Assembly (NCBI RefSeq): GCF_006345805.1
Contig: NC_042998.1
Location: forward strand, 21,080,001 to 21,144,000
From: Octopus sinensis
Lineage: Eukaryota
Length of the DNA stretch: 64,000 nucleotides
Direction of reading: 5' to 3'
A program made the translations under genes and the position numbers. Positions 63,310-64,000 of the stretch are shown in pieces (position 1 is the first letter of the stretch; each line of letters opens with the position of its first letter). The notes beneath the pieces were generated by a model. It was not told where the DNA came from. It ran no database searches and saw only the letters and a program-made list of their open reading frames with translations.

Positions 63310-63700
63310 AACATACATTTTATGGGGGAGGGAATGAGTCGATTACATCGGTAAAGTCGACCTCGGCGGAATTTGAACTCAGAACGTAATGACGGACGAA
63401 ATACCTATTTCTTTATTACCCACAAGGGGCTAAACATAGAGGGGACAAATAAGGACAGACATAGGTATTAAGTCGATTACATCGACCCCAGTTCGTAACT
63501 GGTACTTAATTTATCGACTCCGAAAGGATGAAAGGTAAAGTCGACCTCGGCGGAATTTGAACTCACAACGTAACGGCAGACGAAATACCGCTAAGCATTT
63601 CGCCCGACGTGCTAACGATTCTGCTAGCTCGCCGCCTTGATGGACGAAATACCGCTAAGCATTTCATCCGGCGCGGTAACGATTCTACCAGCTCGCCACC
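63310..63700 (-). mobile_element. SINE family C multimer
   Basis: Repeated units and heads of family C. Confidence 0.8.
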
Positions 63701-63845
63701 AAAATCAGCAGTGCTTGGAACTGCAAGAATTCTTCGCAGGGTTCTTGAAGCATGACCAGAAAACAAGTGTCACCTTGGTCTGCTGGTTGAGGACAGCTGA
63801 CTCTTTCCATCATACCCAGCAAAATAAGCTGTGAGTTCTCATATA
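63700..63845 (+). mobile_element. R4/Dong-like 3' terminus followed by (TAT)n/(TAA)n
   Basis: KSAVLGTARILRRVLEA* plus the 3' UTR homologous to 24555-24690. Confidence 0.8.
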
Positions 63846-63846
63846 A

Positions 63847-63948
<102 letters not shown>

Positions 63949-64000
63949 TGATAAAACTCACCCATCAGTGGCTACGGAGCTCAGGGCTAAGGGCAGAGAG

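Overview
AT-rich eukaryotic genomic DNA packed with (TA)n, (CA)n, (TAA)n and (ATG)n microsatellites. The SINE/LINE content looks like an octopus or other cephalopod (inference from repeat types, no database search). Most ORF-track entries are microsatellite or retroelement artefacts. The one complete host gene I can reconstruct is a 3-coding-exon CD225/dispanin-family (IFITM/PRRT-like) membrane protein of 237 aa on the minus strand (exons 26715-27110, 18726-18842, 8749-8949). It has a Pro/Tyr/Gln-rich N-terminus with two PPxY motifs. Plus-strand exons of two further paralogs lie at 48623-48729 (frameshifted) with 50016-50285, and at 58565-58672 (intact), giving a small inverted dispanin cluster. 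The rest is mobile DNA: several tRNA-derived SINE families, CR1, RTE, Tx1/L1, R4/Dong-like and Penelope-like relics, Helitrons and unclassified elements. Non-coding highlights: two complete-core minimal hammerhead ribozymes with palindromic stem III (15932-16041 +, 45988-46059 -), three long near-perfect palindromes, a 2A-like ESNPGP relic, two elements with long direct repeats around subterminal inverted repeats, and a SINE/CR1 shared 3' hairpin with compensatory changes. Repeat boundaries were read by eye and are approximate; exon and ribozyme coordinates were counted base by base.
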